A DNA stretch of 51,924 bases, taken from contig KZ538714.1 of NCBI GenBank assembly GCA_000934665.2, positions 1 through 51,924 of the forward strand, in the 5' to 3' direction. Origin of the DNA: Catajapyx aquilonaris (taxonomy: Eukaryota). Shown piece by piece: positions 1 to 13,200 of this stretch. Made by a program: the position numbers and the translations under genes. The notes below the pieces were generated by a model. It searched no databases. It saw only the letters and a program-made list of their open reading frames with translations, and had not been told where the DNA came from. Position 1 is the stretch's first letter, and the number at the start of each line of letters is the position of its first letter.

Positions 1-8
1 CTCTAAAC

Positions 9-950
9 CTCATTAACATGTTTGCCGTCTGACTTATCAAGTGAGGGATTCCTCCACTAAATATCGTCAGGGGGCGGCCATGACTCGTGCCCTGCGGAGC
101 GTTGCCAAGAACCTGGAAAATTGGTGCAAAAGGTGGGTAGGCAGTATTTGCCCGAATAGCCCAGAATGTCAAGTCCTATCGATTGTGGCCATTTCTCTAA
201 ATATAGCCGCATGTGGTTGAGAGTCCGGACGTCGTGTTGTCTTATTGCTCTCGACAGTCTTATGACAGCAATAAGCAATAAGCATGGATTATACAATGAA
301 ATGAAACATGTCTACAGCCAGGTCACTCATGTTACTGTATAAGCTCTCTTAGTTGATCCAACAGATCTCCTGAAGTAGTTCCCCAACTTGAGTCGCCTAC
401 AACTCTCAGATAACCCCACCAATAGACGTCGAATGGGCCAGCACCAATCTGGAAGTAAATCCCCACTTCTCTTCCTCCTCCACCGTCCTCCAAGTCAAAG
501 AAACTCGTAAATGTTCCAATACAGTCAGACGAAAGGCCGGGTTTCAAAAAAACCGGGATCAGTTATGGCCCAGACAGGTGCCCCCTTTTTTGTGCCGGTA
601 CCAATAGTGGAATTGGATACGGCACAAAACGGGCCGTTTTGTGGCCCAATTTTCAAAGGTGATACCTCGGCGGAAGCTTACGCACACAGAAAATAGTTGC
701 GCACCTAATATTACAGTACATGCAATAAATCATGCAGGTCGGAGCACCCTTAGAAAAATGTGGAGGGTGGCACCCAGGGATTGATGTCAAATCTTGCAAT
801 ATTGAAGGCAGTGAGCTGAGCCTAAGTGACACTTTCGTGCCAGAACGTCGAGGGAAACCTTCCGGAGTTTGTGGTTAGTAGTTCCTTCTTCGTGTTTGCA
901 AAAGGTTTTCTACTTAAGTCACGCGCCGGTTTATAACCTCTTCCGGAATG
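9..950 (+). mobile_element. Highly eroded non-LTR (CR1/L2-like) LINE, 3' part of reverse transcriptase
   Basis: Collinear degenerate motifs across frameshifts: INMFAV* (12-32, resembles YINMFADD), LENWCKRW...CQVLSI (about 110-185), LMLLYK and E-W-A-S-x-IW (about 325-455, resembles LYKxLVRPxLEYASPIW). No intact ORF. Confidence 0.4.
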
Positions 951-1109
951 ATTTATTTATTTATAGGCTCAAACTGCATTTAGGTGTTTGCACACAGTGC
1001 CGGTGCACCAAAGCGCTTAGTAATCCCCTTCCCGCCCCACATTAGAAGTTTGACGTCATACTTAGACCATAATTATATCGACACCACCAATCCCTGACTA
1101 TTCATATGA

Positions 1110-2330
1110 CATGAACGCTTCAAAAAGTGCGTCATGCACGAGGGACCACCGATTTATGCCATCCTGCACAATATTTGCTTCAGACATGTCAAGCTTTATT
1201 AAAACACGGTGTGGTTCTTCGGAAAATTTTGAGCCGTTTTGGCATGGACTTATTACCCCTGTGGATAAGTCGCCCACGCTCATAATGAGATTACATGCCA
1301 TAGACTTCCAAGGCCGATGGGACAGCGCCAGATACTGGTACGCAGAAACTGCGTCCTTTAATAATAGCCACCTAATTAATCCCCAGTAGGCCTTGAAAAT
1401 GCGGTCACTACTAACTGTGCTGAATAGACCTGACGGACGTCTCGATGGATGTCCAGCCTCAAGTATCATCCACGTTATTAGAAATTATATGAAGTCGGAC
1501 AGATCAAAGATGAGGTCATAATTATGCCTGTCGCACATGTTGAAATTATTGACAGATACAAACTAAACCCTTCCCTTAAAACTGTAGCTAATTGTGCGCA
1601 ATAATACTGTAAAAATTCATATAAAAAAGTTCTTACTATTTCATCGGCACTCATACTCGTCAAGACGTGTATTTCCAAATAAAGTAATAAAATAAACAGC
1701 GAAGCTTCCGGGCCAATATTGAATCCTAATTTCATGAGCCTTAGGGAACATACACCATGAGCGAGCGGTTATATTGAGGGGGCTGTTGTACAGTAAATTA
1801 GTGAGAAGCCAATCATTTTTAATTCACTGTTGTCAGAATGCACGGTTGCTCCAGTTGGAAAAAAAAAGTCTGCTTTACTCAGCCAGATCAATAGTAATTC
1901 GCACGGTTGATGGCAAGCCCTGCACACTTTTATACTAATTACACCTATTAGCTGCTCTAGTTCATTAGAGCCACCTTTTTTTAAAACGTTGCACCAGTGT
2001 CGCTTAAAAACGCGCCAATCCTCGTTACTAGCTATACTGTATAATGGAATCTGTAGTACCACTGTTTATAATTTTTACAAGCAGTACCACCACCATTAAC
2101 AAGTAAAATCTATTGTCATGTGGCAGAAGTACCACATGCATACGATTATTGACGCTTAGCTACGTCTATATTCATTCCACAGTTACTTTTGTAATTTCAC
2201 CGACGCCGCCATATTGAAACTCCAAGCACGAGTTCTGCAAGTGCAAATGAGGAAAAATAACTGAATACAATTATTAGTATAACTACGAAAAAAAAAGTAG
2301 CTCAATTCTATTTCGACTCGGTGACCTGTT
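1110..2330 (+). mobile_element. Highly eroded LINE reverse-transcriptase core
   Basis: Motifs in the expected RT order: LITPVDKS (about 1250), ISEKPIIFNSLLSE..HG...KVCFTQ (about 1795-1885, resembles QHGFRxGRSCxTQL), LLAILYNGICST (about 2025-2060), EVPHA/TIIDA (about 2125-2155, resembles GVPQGSILGP), NFTDAA (about 2195, resembles FADD). Many stops and frameshifts. Confidence 0.45.
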
Positions 2331-2743
2331 CGTCCAAACTTGACTACCACCTAATAGTTTCCTGGCACTTTCAGTCCTACTACACCTCCAACTTGCCCAC
2401 CAACCTCGCCATTTCTCTATACTGTCGACGCCGCATCGGGCTGAATCGACACCCGACGCAATAACCCACAAAACCAGGCCCGTAATCCACATCCAATCAG
2501 AAGTTTTCGCTTACATACCTCACCCTCGTTACCTGAAACCCGAGCCCCTCACATCAGGGGCCACTGGCAGCCCAAGCAGGCCGACTTTTCAAATGAACTC
2601 AAAAGCCCTGAGACTTTAATCCTATTACAGGCTGCTAGATTGACGGCAACTTCGTTACTTTACCCAGTCCGGAGCATGAAATACGAGCAAACTGCGGGCC
2701 CAGTTTTGCCCACTGGCGAAACTCGCATGCACTTCGGCTCACC

Positions 2744-2866
2744 ATTCGCGCGGGAATATCTCCGCAGTTCGAATCGCTCACCGCGTATACAGAGTCAGCG
2801 ATCTCCGGCTATTCGCGCGGGAATATCGCCGCGTTCGAATCGCTCGTCGTATATATAGCTGCGATC
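2744..2866 (+). repeat. CpG-rich imperfect tandem dimer, period 67 bp
   Basis: ATTCGCGCGGGAATATC...GTTCGAATCGCTC...GCGATC at 2744-2803 and again at 2811-2866. Confidence 0.8.
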
Positions 2867-3446
2867 AACCAATGTTTCGAGCATTTAGGGCGTGGAAGAG
2901 TGATCCACGCTTTGGAGACGTCCATTCTCCCGCCTCGTGACACCGAATGTCCGGTTCAGTACTGACAGAGTGCCACACATACCCCGAAATCGATCGACCT
3001 TCGTGGTTTTGGGGGTTTGTGGCCAGGGTGGGGGAGTGGACATACAACGAACGAGCCAAATGACACGATAAAAAGAAACCAGCTAAGTGCATGATCGATT
3101 TGCTCGCATGTGGAGCTAGAGGGCAAGGTGTGGGGGGGGGGGGGGGGNGGGGGGGACAACCGAATGGAAGTCAAATGCCACCGTCCTAAGTTGATGAACT
3201 GCATAGAGTCATCACGTATCGTTCGCACTAGGGCAGACCCCCAAAGTGTTGGAGCGTGCACGCTTTTATTTCGACAGCAGCAGCTTGTAGCGACCGTGCA
3301 TGACAACCGCTAGAGTGTCGTGGGGTCCACTATAGTCTGGGCATCCAGACCTTTATATTTCCGATTTAACACGGAGCCGAGAGTTTCACATTTAGTGGTA
3401 TACTTCTGCCGACCAGACCGCAGTTTCGTGTACAACTGCGTTACGA

Positions 3447-3880
3447 ATGCGTTTCCAACTCTTCACGCTTCAAAGCGTGCTTCAAAGTAACAGTCAAGAG
3501 GTGGTCCCGCTATTAGTTACCCAAGACACTCGGTTCCTGATGACGAAATATCTGTATTTTTGTCACGCGACCTTTTGCCTAGACATTCTTTTTCTATACA
3601 AACTGTTTCACGGTCCCTTGATACTTCGCACATGCATCACGTACAATGTATGCCCACTTGGATGCAAGCGTACTAATTGCCTGTAGGTGGCTCATCAATC
3701 TTCAGTTCACCGCGTGACATCCATTTCAAAAATGAATAATCGACGACGATCACAAAATTCGACCACAAGTCTAGCGTGGATTTCCTACCAGCTACGTAAA
3801 CCTTCGGTTATGAACTTATGATCCTCTTACATGCCTCACCGGTGTTAGTAAGCAATTTCCGCTAGCCTGGGAAAATCGAA
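3447..3880 (+). mobile_element. Eroded CR1-like LINE 3' end
   Basis: ORF 3447-3686 contains CLDILFLYKLFHG, resembling the CR1-clade ORF2 C-terminal DLIxxYKILHG motif. It is followed by SVMNL* (resembles RVVNxWN). Confidence 0.35.
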
Positions 3881-4116
3881 GCGGTGAGTGTACACTTATA
3901 ATTTCGCAGTTCGGTGCAGAATTGTGGACTAGGCGGCCCTCATAAGGCCCGCTAGTACTGTACACTATACATGATTACCTCCAATCAACCGCCAAAAGCC
4001 GCATTTGGTGTCACCATGTGCCACGTGGGGAAAAGCCAGGACCATAAAATGATCCCTAATCACTCTCTCCATAATGTACATCGGTATGCCGTGGTTTTAT
4101 AACGTATTTTTTGATG

Positions 4117-4246
4117 GGGCTACCCCGTGATAAGCCTGTGGCCTCTTGGGGGGATCCTCTTTTAATTCCCTATACTTATTAATCGAGTCGGTGCATTTTT
4201 CTCGTCCGATGAAACGGGAGAACGTGGGGAGAACCCAGAGGAAACC
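4117..4246 (-). mobile_element. SINE 3' fragment related to the SINE at 31297-31551
   Basis: TACCCCGTGATAAGCCTGTGGCCTCTTGGGGGGATCCTCTT...AAACGGGAGAAC aligns by eye with TACCCCATGACAGGCCTTGGGCCTCTTAGGGGATCTTCTCTT...AAACGGGAGAGAAC at about 31329-31440. Confidence 0.5.
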
Positions 4247-4809
4247 TTATATCGTATACATTGTTATAAAATAATAATCTTGTAAACTGTAAAGCAATGT
4301 AGCGCAATGAATGCAAATATTTTTCATGCTATGAGAAAAAGTATTCGAAATATCACAAAACACCAGATCAGAAAGTGCATGGATATTCGTGGTCGGCACA
4401 CGTAAAACATATTTTGTCCCAGCCATAAAGCATGCCACACGAAGTGTAATTCCCATTGGTTGCAGTTTCTGACCCCCTGCAGGCATTTCCGTCAACATAT
4501 AACAAGCTCAATAGGTCAGAAAGTTTTTTTTTTTTTTTAAAAAAAAAAAAGCGTAACTAGCTGGCCCATGCCCTGTCAAAGCTATATCGATAACAACTAT
4601 CATATGGTCGATATGAACTACAACTGTCATCAGGGCGTACATCTCTCCATAGATTAAGCCATGAATGAATTAATGCAGTAATAAACCTAATGGGATGAAT
4701 CTCCAGTCTCCCCAAGTTCATTAGGTCTTGCGAATGGCTTTTAGAGAATGCACTGCAGATGTCACCCTGCCCCAACACCGCATTGAAATGTCCACACCTA
4801 CTACAGTGC

Positions 4810-5000
4810 AATTCAATTTTGCTTTTAATATACACTAACTTTATTAATCCATTCTTCGCGGATGACCTGGCAGCAAGCCGACCATGTCACACCACACATC
4901 GATGCTACCTGCAGGTCAAATCTATTAACGGTTTTTTTTCTTCAGTCACTGCAGTTTCCATTGCATATGACGCAACTTCCCTCTCCACTGCATCACTGTT
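4810..5000 (-). mobile_element. Possible hAT transposase C-terminal (dimerisation region) remnant
   Basis: One frame with two stops: VEREVASYAMETAVTEEKKPL...HGRLAARSSAKNGLIKLVYIKSK, resembling the hAT ExxxYxxE...PL and RxRL....KLVFIK motifs. Confidence 0.3.
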
Positions 5001-6279
5001 CGGAAGCTCCATGAACTCAGGTGTCCTGTGGTCTTGACCGTGTTGGCGATAAGCTCCGGCCCGGACCAATCGAGCCTGAATTCTCATCAGCCATCATCAC
5101 TAACGACAACGGAGATTATGCAACACATCCCTCGCACACATGCAATGGCAGATAGCTCTTCGTGATACTATTATGTATTATCAGATGTAGTACCAAGGTA
5201 CTCCTATATCTGTAGACTGAAGCCTTTTATGTTCTGTACCCCTCTAATGCAAGTTAACGATTTTCGTACGTACCTTGTATATGCAGTGTAAGTAGACCTA
5301 CACTACTATCATGCTACAGTATTACAAACACCAAAATATAAGAAATGATGGTGGCAATTATGTGAACCGTGCGGAATCATAATATTGTTCCCGAATTGGG
5401 TAATGTTTTCCAGAAAATGAGCCAAAAGTCCCGTTGGGAGCCGTGGTGGATCTCTTTGTGGAATGTGGGAAACATCCATCCCCGTATAACCCCCCATTCT
5501 CCCACACCTATGGTGCCAACAACAATAGCGACGTATGTTCCACTATATAGCAATATTGTATTCTTATCCCAATGTCCACGAGTTGGTAGTGTTATTTCCG
5601 CACAGATCAGTTGTCAGTCCTGACAAACTATCAGACACGACACAAGTCATGCGGCGTAACATTCAGAACGAAATTCTGACAAATGCAGTGACCCCATCAT
5701 GTTAAATTGACAGGAGAAATTAATATTATAAGGCAAAGTTTTCTACGACCCCACTGATAAGTGCATGCCAGTCAGTACTGACAATAAAATACAGTCGCAT
5801 GTCCAAATGTGTATGATGTAATATTTAAGCTCACTGAACGTAGTCCCGCCGCGCCGGCGTAAATTATTTTGGTTCAAAAATTATGCGCAATTAATTTCTG
5901 AAAATTTCAAACAGAAAGCAACAGTCTTATCTGTACATAGTCGTATATTTCTAATATTGGAATAGTGGGTTCCTTGACCTGTTCATTCCTGGCTAAGCAG
6001 CTCTGAGTCTGTGATCAAATCCGAATAATATTTAGCGAGGAAAATAATAATAATTTGAACTCCACTTTCCCTACCGAGTTACCCCAGCACGGAAATCCGG
6101 ATCTAAAAGTTGCGAATTTGCAAACCCGATTTTACGACGGCCTTCGCGGAAGTGACAGGAATCAAATTGTGATGATCGCATTTAAACTATTTCATTCGGT
6201 TTGCCGCCAAAATCAACTTCGTGCGATTGCTAAGATGCGCTGACCGTGTTATCGTCTTTCGAGAACCTAATATTATCTA

Positions 6280-6352
6280 GCCCTTGTGGCCTAACGGATA
6301 AGGCGTCGGTCTCCTAAACCGAAGATTGCGGGTTCGAGTCCCGCCAGGGGTA
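6280..6352 (+). tRNA. tRNA-Arg, anticodon CCT (6313-6315), no intron
   Basis: 73-nt cloverleaf: acceptor GCCCTTG/CAGGGGT, D arm GCCT-AACGGATA-AGGC, anticodon stem TCGGT/ACCGA with loop CTCCTAA, T arm GCGGG-TTCGAGT-CCCGC, discriminator A. Confidence 0.97.
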
Positions 6353-6355
6353 CAA

Positions 6356-6360
6356 TTTTT
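6356..6360 (+). terminator. RNA polymerase III terminator (T5) of tRNA-Arg
   Basis: TTTTT 3 nt after the tRNA discriminator base. Confidence 0.85.
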
Positions 6361-9300
6361 GTGTAGTTTCAACTTTTAATTTTAAAAATTATATTTATAT
6401 ATTTTATGCTACTTTCGTATAGAGTTCAAGTTTTATCAAGTTTCGCTTTAAAATATGAACGCAGTGTAATAAAACTACAATATTTAAGGATGTTCCTGCG
6501 GCCATGTATATAGCTGCTGTCCCTCTGCATAGCCATTTCAATAGGGAATCCCCTTGCGATTCACAAAAGCGGGCACCGTTCAGCTAGCTAGCTCTTGTCA
6601 GCTTCCGCCCTTCGTTCACACTGAGCCATTTCCACCTAGCGGATACGAGTTTCTCGGTAATAAATCTTTTGATTTATCGCTTACCTATGTAGCGGTTTCA
6701 AATTCAGATGTGCCTAGAAATAATTTACAGGATCGAGAAGATGTAGAAAAAATAAAAATCGGACGTTTCCGCTTGATGTTCTACCAAAATGTCGGTAATG
6801 TCGCCAACATATCGTCAATTTCTAAAGTCCACTTCACCAACGCAATCCAGTTTTTTCCACGAAGAGTATTAATATACAGGGACTGATAATAATTAATTTT
6901 ACGTCTGGGTTCTAAGATAATGATAGGAACGACCCGCTCTGCTGACCCTGACATGATTGGTATGTGGAAATCGGCGACATAATGTATACAACATTATCTT
7001 TACAATAAACATATATACATAAAAAAGCAAGAACTTCTTTTAGCATCCTGGTTTATTGAACTGCAAGCTACAAATTCACATTCCCGCGTGTAACAACGAA
7101 GCCTTTAGTCGGGTTGCAATGGCACATCGAAACAGATGACGCCTTCGTCACGCTAATTACTCGTTCTACTGCACGGGCATAAAGTACGCAATATTATATT
7201 CCAGCAGAAACGTTGCATGAATCCATAGTGAATCTAGTGCGCTCCAAGGTTATACTGCCGAAGCACATCCAAACGCTCCGTCCCCAGGGCTCCGTACTTC
7301 TCATCAACTTACACCGAAGCACCGAATATTAACTAGTGTGCTGCGAACACATCTGATATCCTAAGCAAAAAAAAAAAACAAAAACAAGAAAAACATTAAC
7401 TGACAACTTTTGCTAAGGACGGCGGACGTGATATGATCGGCAAATACAAAATAATATAGGGGCTATACGTGATGGCCAGTGTACCTTCCACTTATGAGAA
7501 ACAATCGAATGAAATAGTAACACATGTCCGATACATAACGTTAAGTAGACTTTAGGAATGAATCTATATGAATGAAGCAATCATTAACAATACGCTAATA
7601 TAGCTAAATATATTGTGAATGGGAATCGCACAATACCTATTACTCATGCTTCGCTATCTATCCACGGTGAATCAGCTGCGGTCGCGAGGACGTGAATCAA
7701 CATACGATCAGATGAGACGATATATCCAAATACTCTTCAAATACAGTAAGTTCATTAACAGAGATTAAAAAATTAATAAAGCCGAAATCGCAAACATCAA
7801 CTAGGGTAAATTAGCATTATAATTTCGCAAGAAGCCTAATATTCGAGAGGAAGTTCGCACATACAGTATCCCCCTGTAGAAATTCGTCATAATTATATAC
7901 TGTACCATACTGTTGGCTGGAGGGGATACCGCAGATCGGAAATCAGGTGTATCCTACATTACATGGTCCATTTACGCGAGCACACGTGCTTTCCTTATGG
8001 TGCGATTCCCACACGTGCCCAGGAGACACAAGTTAACCGGACCGCGATGCAAGTTTCAACGAAAAGCGCTCGTGCACTCCTGAATGTTTAAAGGTCTACG
8101 TCCTCTTCTGGCAACACCACCCATTACATCAGGGGCAGTTAGTTCACACTGCACAGTGTCTCCACTCAGGGGGCCATCAATTTACACCTCAGTGAAACTA
8201 ATCTCATTTGCAAGAACTGTAAATATAGTGAGCGTTTCTCGGGGAAGGGGGAAAAAAAATCAGACGAACAAAAAAATAGCTAAAAAGAAGGGGTGGGTCG
8301 TCTCCAGAGGGACCAACTACGCTAATCTATAAGCATGAAGGCCATCGGGCGTCGTCGACCTTCCATACAGGCCGGGGTTGGGGGGGAAGTGCAGATAGAA
8401 CATCTAACTGCACAGTGCAGCATAGGATTAAGCAATGAACGGATCTATATTATGTTACGTAGTCATATGCCAGAGGGGAATCACAAATGAAGAGTACGTT
8501 ATGAGGGGGTGGTGTCCCGCAGTATTGGTGTTGTGGGGGAGAAGGAGTGCACATGAGAGGAGTGGGTCTGGTACAACTGACAGGTCCGCTTTAAATATTT
8601 ACACTACATGATATACATGGATTACAGAACAATTCATAATCAGTAAAAAGGGCGTATTCAATTTTAGGAGTGTGCTGGAGGAAGGTCTGAATTACCGGGA
8701 AAAAAAAGAAGCTACCTACGTGTACTAAAATGGTGACTGACGTCAAAATTATTCGAAAAATATCCTCCTTCCAAACTGTCAACAGACTATACATCTATAG
8801 TAGTGCAGCTCTTTGTGAATACCAGCTGTTGCCGTTAATCAAAACAATCGTTTTGAAAATACCAATGAAATTATTCATATGACCCTATTGTCATTGGCTC
8901 AGTGATTCAAAAGAGGGGGAGATGAAGCACAATATTGGGGGGTACTATCCAGTATGACCATGGATTGACCATGAAGACCCTTGTTCACACTATACAGTAT
9001 ATAGGCGGTATCGAGAGGGGATCCTGAAACAGACACACAGTGTGACGCTACAGTACACCAGAGACCAGACTGCTTGGTAACCATCTGCTACCATTATACT
9101 TTTATGAATGACATGCCACATGGCCACAATTGAGGAGTGTTTCACTAAATTTCAAGGCTTACCGCATGTTTTTGATTTGAGGTGACACTCGTATCGGTGG
9201 AAATTTCACGGATGCTCGCCCTTGTGAATTACCCTTCAAGTTTGGCGTGATATATCACACACATGGAAAGCATAATGTATGTAGCTCACTGCCACACATG

Positions 9301-9559
9301 AAGGTGGGATGACTCTTAAATGTGCGTCAGTAAAAATTAAATAACAAACACTACAGGCAAATACTGCACAATAATAATCGAGCATCAGCAGCGCTAATAT
9401 CTGTAAGCCATGCAAGAGGCGTAATTACAGTATACAAGGGCAACACTATTGCATCCTATATAAGCGAATCACCGTAAAAAAAAAACACACGTGTCACATC
9501 CGGAGCTCGTTAATCTCCTCTACGTGTAATTCCTCTCTGAAAGCTGTTTGTACGGCCAT

Positions 9560-11110
9560 ATTGACACATGCTCCACTTGGGACGTTTGCTGAGATTGGAG
9601 TTAGCTCCAAATTTTGTAAAGATACCCTCCGTTATATCCCTAAAACGATTCTCTCGAGTGTACACAGCCGGTCCAAAACGTGAGTTCATCTACCCCAATC
9701 CCATTCCTCTCGACCGAAAACTATTTGCATACGACATCAGATCCTCTCAACAATCAGGTGTAAAAGGGTGTTTGTCGTCTTATCGGCTTACCATGGGCAG
9801 TGACCCTTCCCTTGGGGAGAAGGAGGGGGGGGGGGGGAATCATCGGTATCTGGGGGCATAGAACACTTGGAGATTTTCCAGGCCAGGATGAAAGCACGAC
9901 AAAAATTTCCATGGTCTGGAGACATGCGCTTCTTCAGCAGCTGCCACTGTCGATGGAAATTCACCCCCTCTCCAAATTGGAATCATGCTCGGGTATCCCA
10001 AAGTAATCCGACGCTCCCAGAAACGATATCTCCACTCCAGTCCTGAACATGACATGGGTGTTATAGGTCCTGAGTGGGTGGCAACATTCCATATAGGTGC
10101 TGGACCTGAGATCGCAATCAGGGTTGCATGGTGTAAACAAATGTACTCGGCCCCTCGTATTCGTAGTGATACACCTGTACGGGGATGCTTGCAGAAGCGG
10201 TGAAATCAGCATGTTTACCAAACATGGCGACAATTATAGCCCGTGAAGCTTTTCGGATAATGCCAGGTCTTACAAGAATGTCGCCATCTAAATCCCGCAT
10301 CCGCCAGGCTCCTGCTAAACCATTCGGGAGAATACCCGAAATACATTGCATTCCAGTCAACTTTGCTTGCTTGTGTCTCAGGGCATTCTTGCGTTCCACC
10401 AGTGTAAATAAGAGGCGTCCAGATCACAGGCACAAGCAGCAAGCAGGCAATTTCGCTTATGCACAGATTCTTGCAATTCTGGCCGAGTGGGGGCAAGAAA
10501 GGACACGGAATGTCTCAAAAAAGGTATACGTAAAATGAGCTGAAGTGAATGTCTGTGGGAGCCTGAATTCCAACGTATACTCAAGTGACAGCGTGTATCC
10601 TTGACCAATTCTGCCAGCAAATCCATCGATCTAACTTGCCGAACTTACCCTACAGTATACACTGCTGTGGCTGACGGAAGGATAGCTTCGTATATGTCAA
10701 GAAATCATGGCCTATAGTTCCTATACCTTTTCCTCTCATTTGTGTGGCTCACTGCAAAAAGTGTGAGTGACAAGTCTTATATTTATAAGAACACCCCTAA
10801 CTGATGAAAATATCTACCTTGACACAGTGCTCTACCTAAATTGCCTGTTTTGGTCAGAAGTTTTTCATGATTACTAGCTGCTAATAATTAGGTTTCAGGC
10901 GAGTCTAGCGCTCAAAATGTGGCAAAAACCTGGCAAACACCTTTCACCTCGATTGCCAATTGGTTCCAACCTATCCTTGCTCGAGAGCAAGACGATAATT
11001 TACCAGGACATTAGTAGGTATTCCCGCCCTTTGTTAAAGAGGGTCAATGGCGCCAAGTGGGTGTATATGAACTGCGAATTGTTCCGGGGCAATAACTTGT
11101 GTGTAATTTG
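9560..11110 (+). mobile_element. Eroded Ty3/Gypsy pol fragment (RNase H end, then integrase)
   Basis: In order: KLFAYDIRSSQQSG (about 9720, resembles LxxYDFxIxYxPG), PG*KHDKNF..TC (about 9880-9930, resembles WPGMxxDVxxFVxTC), TRMSP...FGRIP (about 10270-10340), KHLSPRLPIG (about 10935-10965, GPY/F-like). RNase H before integrase is the Gypsy order. Confidence 0.4.
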
Positions 11111-11222
11111 AACCTTAATAATTATAGCTTTACTTATAATATATGACATGGTGTAAGATGATAGATAATATAGTTTTGGTGTCGTCAAATTCAAGGAAAA
11201 TGCACAGGAAGCCCCCCCCCCC

Positions 11223-11505
11223 NNNNNNNNNNNNNNNNNNNNNNNNNNNNNNNNNNNNNNNNNNNNNNNNNNNNNNNNNNNNNNNNNNNNNNNNNNNNNN
11301 NNNNNNNNNNNNNNNNNNNNNNNNNNNNNNNNNNNNNNNNNNNNNNNNNNNNNNNNNNNNNNNNNNNNNNNNNNNNNNNNNNNNNNNNNNNNNNNNNNNN
11401 NNNNNNNNNNNNNNNNNNNNNNNNNNNNNNNNNNNNNNNNNNNNNNNNNNNNNNNNNNNNNNNNNNNNNNNNNNNNNNNNNNNNNNNNNNNNNNNNNNNN
11501 NNNNN
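11223..11505. other. Assembly gap (283 N) flanked by poly-C on the left and poly-G on the right
   Basis: Run of N seen directly. Confidence 0.99.
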
Positions 11506-12929
11506 GGGGGGGGGGGGGATTATATAAACTCTCGACTTGTTTCTACCGGGAAACCTTATATCTTCCGGGTTACGTCGCGGAGCAACCAGACGATTTGCTA
11601 TATCTCCAAGCGCGAGCATCCATCCATATTTACTAAAGTGGATCCTAAAAATAGCCCTTCATTTCAACTCATGTAATCTTGCCAACTCATGTAAGAAGCC
11701 AAAGAAGTGGATTTTGAAATTGCATGCTCTTGATATTGTGCGCCTTCGCTCTAGAGTCTAGATGTTGCATACAAATCCGTAATATTAGTTATTAATAATT
11801 ACACTCGGAAATGAACAGCAACTCATTTATTGTTACTTTTTGTTATATTTGTGAAGGAAAAAAAAAAGTGGTGCTGCTGACGCGATCACTCGATGCCAAA
11901 CTCGACTGAGGACAAAAGTAGCATAGTGTCTCGACTGGGGTGCAATGACTTCAATAGGAATACTCTACATGACAGCTTGGGTCTCTTCCAACTATTAGGG
12001 CGCAGAAGGACCCCGGGGGACACAAAATGGCCCGAGTCAACTGCAGTCTCTCCAAAAACGCAAATATTAATCTTTTTTTGTTTCCCCTTTTTTTTTGCGT
12101 GTGCAAAGATGCGCTGGAGCAACGTAGTGAACACATCGATCGCTCTTTTTGTATTATTTGAGGGGCAGGGGAACCAGTGTGGGGGTAAATGAAGGATATA
12201 GGGAGACTGATAAATGCGAAGTGTATTTTAACGTGCTAGAGCTCCCCTGTAAGTCCTATAATTTGTACAGCTCGATATTTTTCGATTTTGACGCAAACTC
12301 ATATCAAAATGAGAGGCACTTATATGATCATTCGGAGACAAGACCCCAATATGCCGGTATGCGGAAGGATGAGCACCATTATTGATGACCGTCATTTTTC
12401 TTTTCTCTTACAGTACCTCGTTAAAGCAGCCCTCCTCTGGCCCCTTGAAACAATCGCCAGACATTTCCTGTTTTACTAGTGCTTCCAATTTCATAGAAAG
12501 GCATCGTTTACGACTCGAGAAAAACGACCAATGTCGACAGCGTTTGTGCCCTGCAGAGTGTTTAGGAGGTGTCAACATTGGCAACAATTTCCGCCATTGG
12601 AGCTTTCCGGTTATCTCTCCCCCTGTCGACTGCGTCATTGAGCTTTCTACTGATACCTGAAACATGTGTCACGCTCACGTCTTTCTAGACAAGGACCACG
12701 TGATATTTACAGCCACGGTAACTAAACTGCCACATATCGGTAAAAATTATCAATGTACATTCCTAATCAGTTATTCGGAGTCACGGATGGGTAAAATCCC
12801 AGGTAGGCTCAGCATGACGTTAAAGCCACGCATGTCTATTTAGTTTAAATGATGTATGCTCATGAAGAATGAATCGAGGTGTAATTAAATAATTCAAGTC
12901 CTTGCTTACTCATTTCAAAGTTGGTCACA

Positions 12930-13200
12930 ATCATATTTCAGCAAATTCACCTCCCAATTGATGACCTCGTTCAAACCAGAAAGGTCACACACATTCCATC
13001 TCGGCTCCCATTCCCTACACATTCCTGCCTTATTTATTTTCAAACCCTTATCGTCCAGCAGTCTACTCCCACGAAATTCAATATTTAATCTAGTTCAACA
13101 CATTATTTCAGTTGAATATTCTATTGTTCCCATTCCTCGCTCAAAATTCAAATATTTTGCGATTGCCATACAATGACACTGGATGCACCCCAAGCCCAGG
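12930..13200 (+). mobile_element. Eroded LINE fragment (region after the RT core)
   Basis: SQLMTSFKPERSHTFHLG (resembles WxMxFNPxKxxxxHF) followed by SKFKYFAIAI (resembles FKYLGIxI). Confidence 0.35.

Noticed and set aside
11143..11676. 177-aa and 142-aa ORFs
   Set aside because: Artefacts of translating through the N gap.
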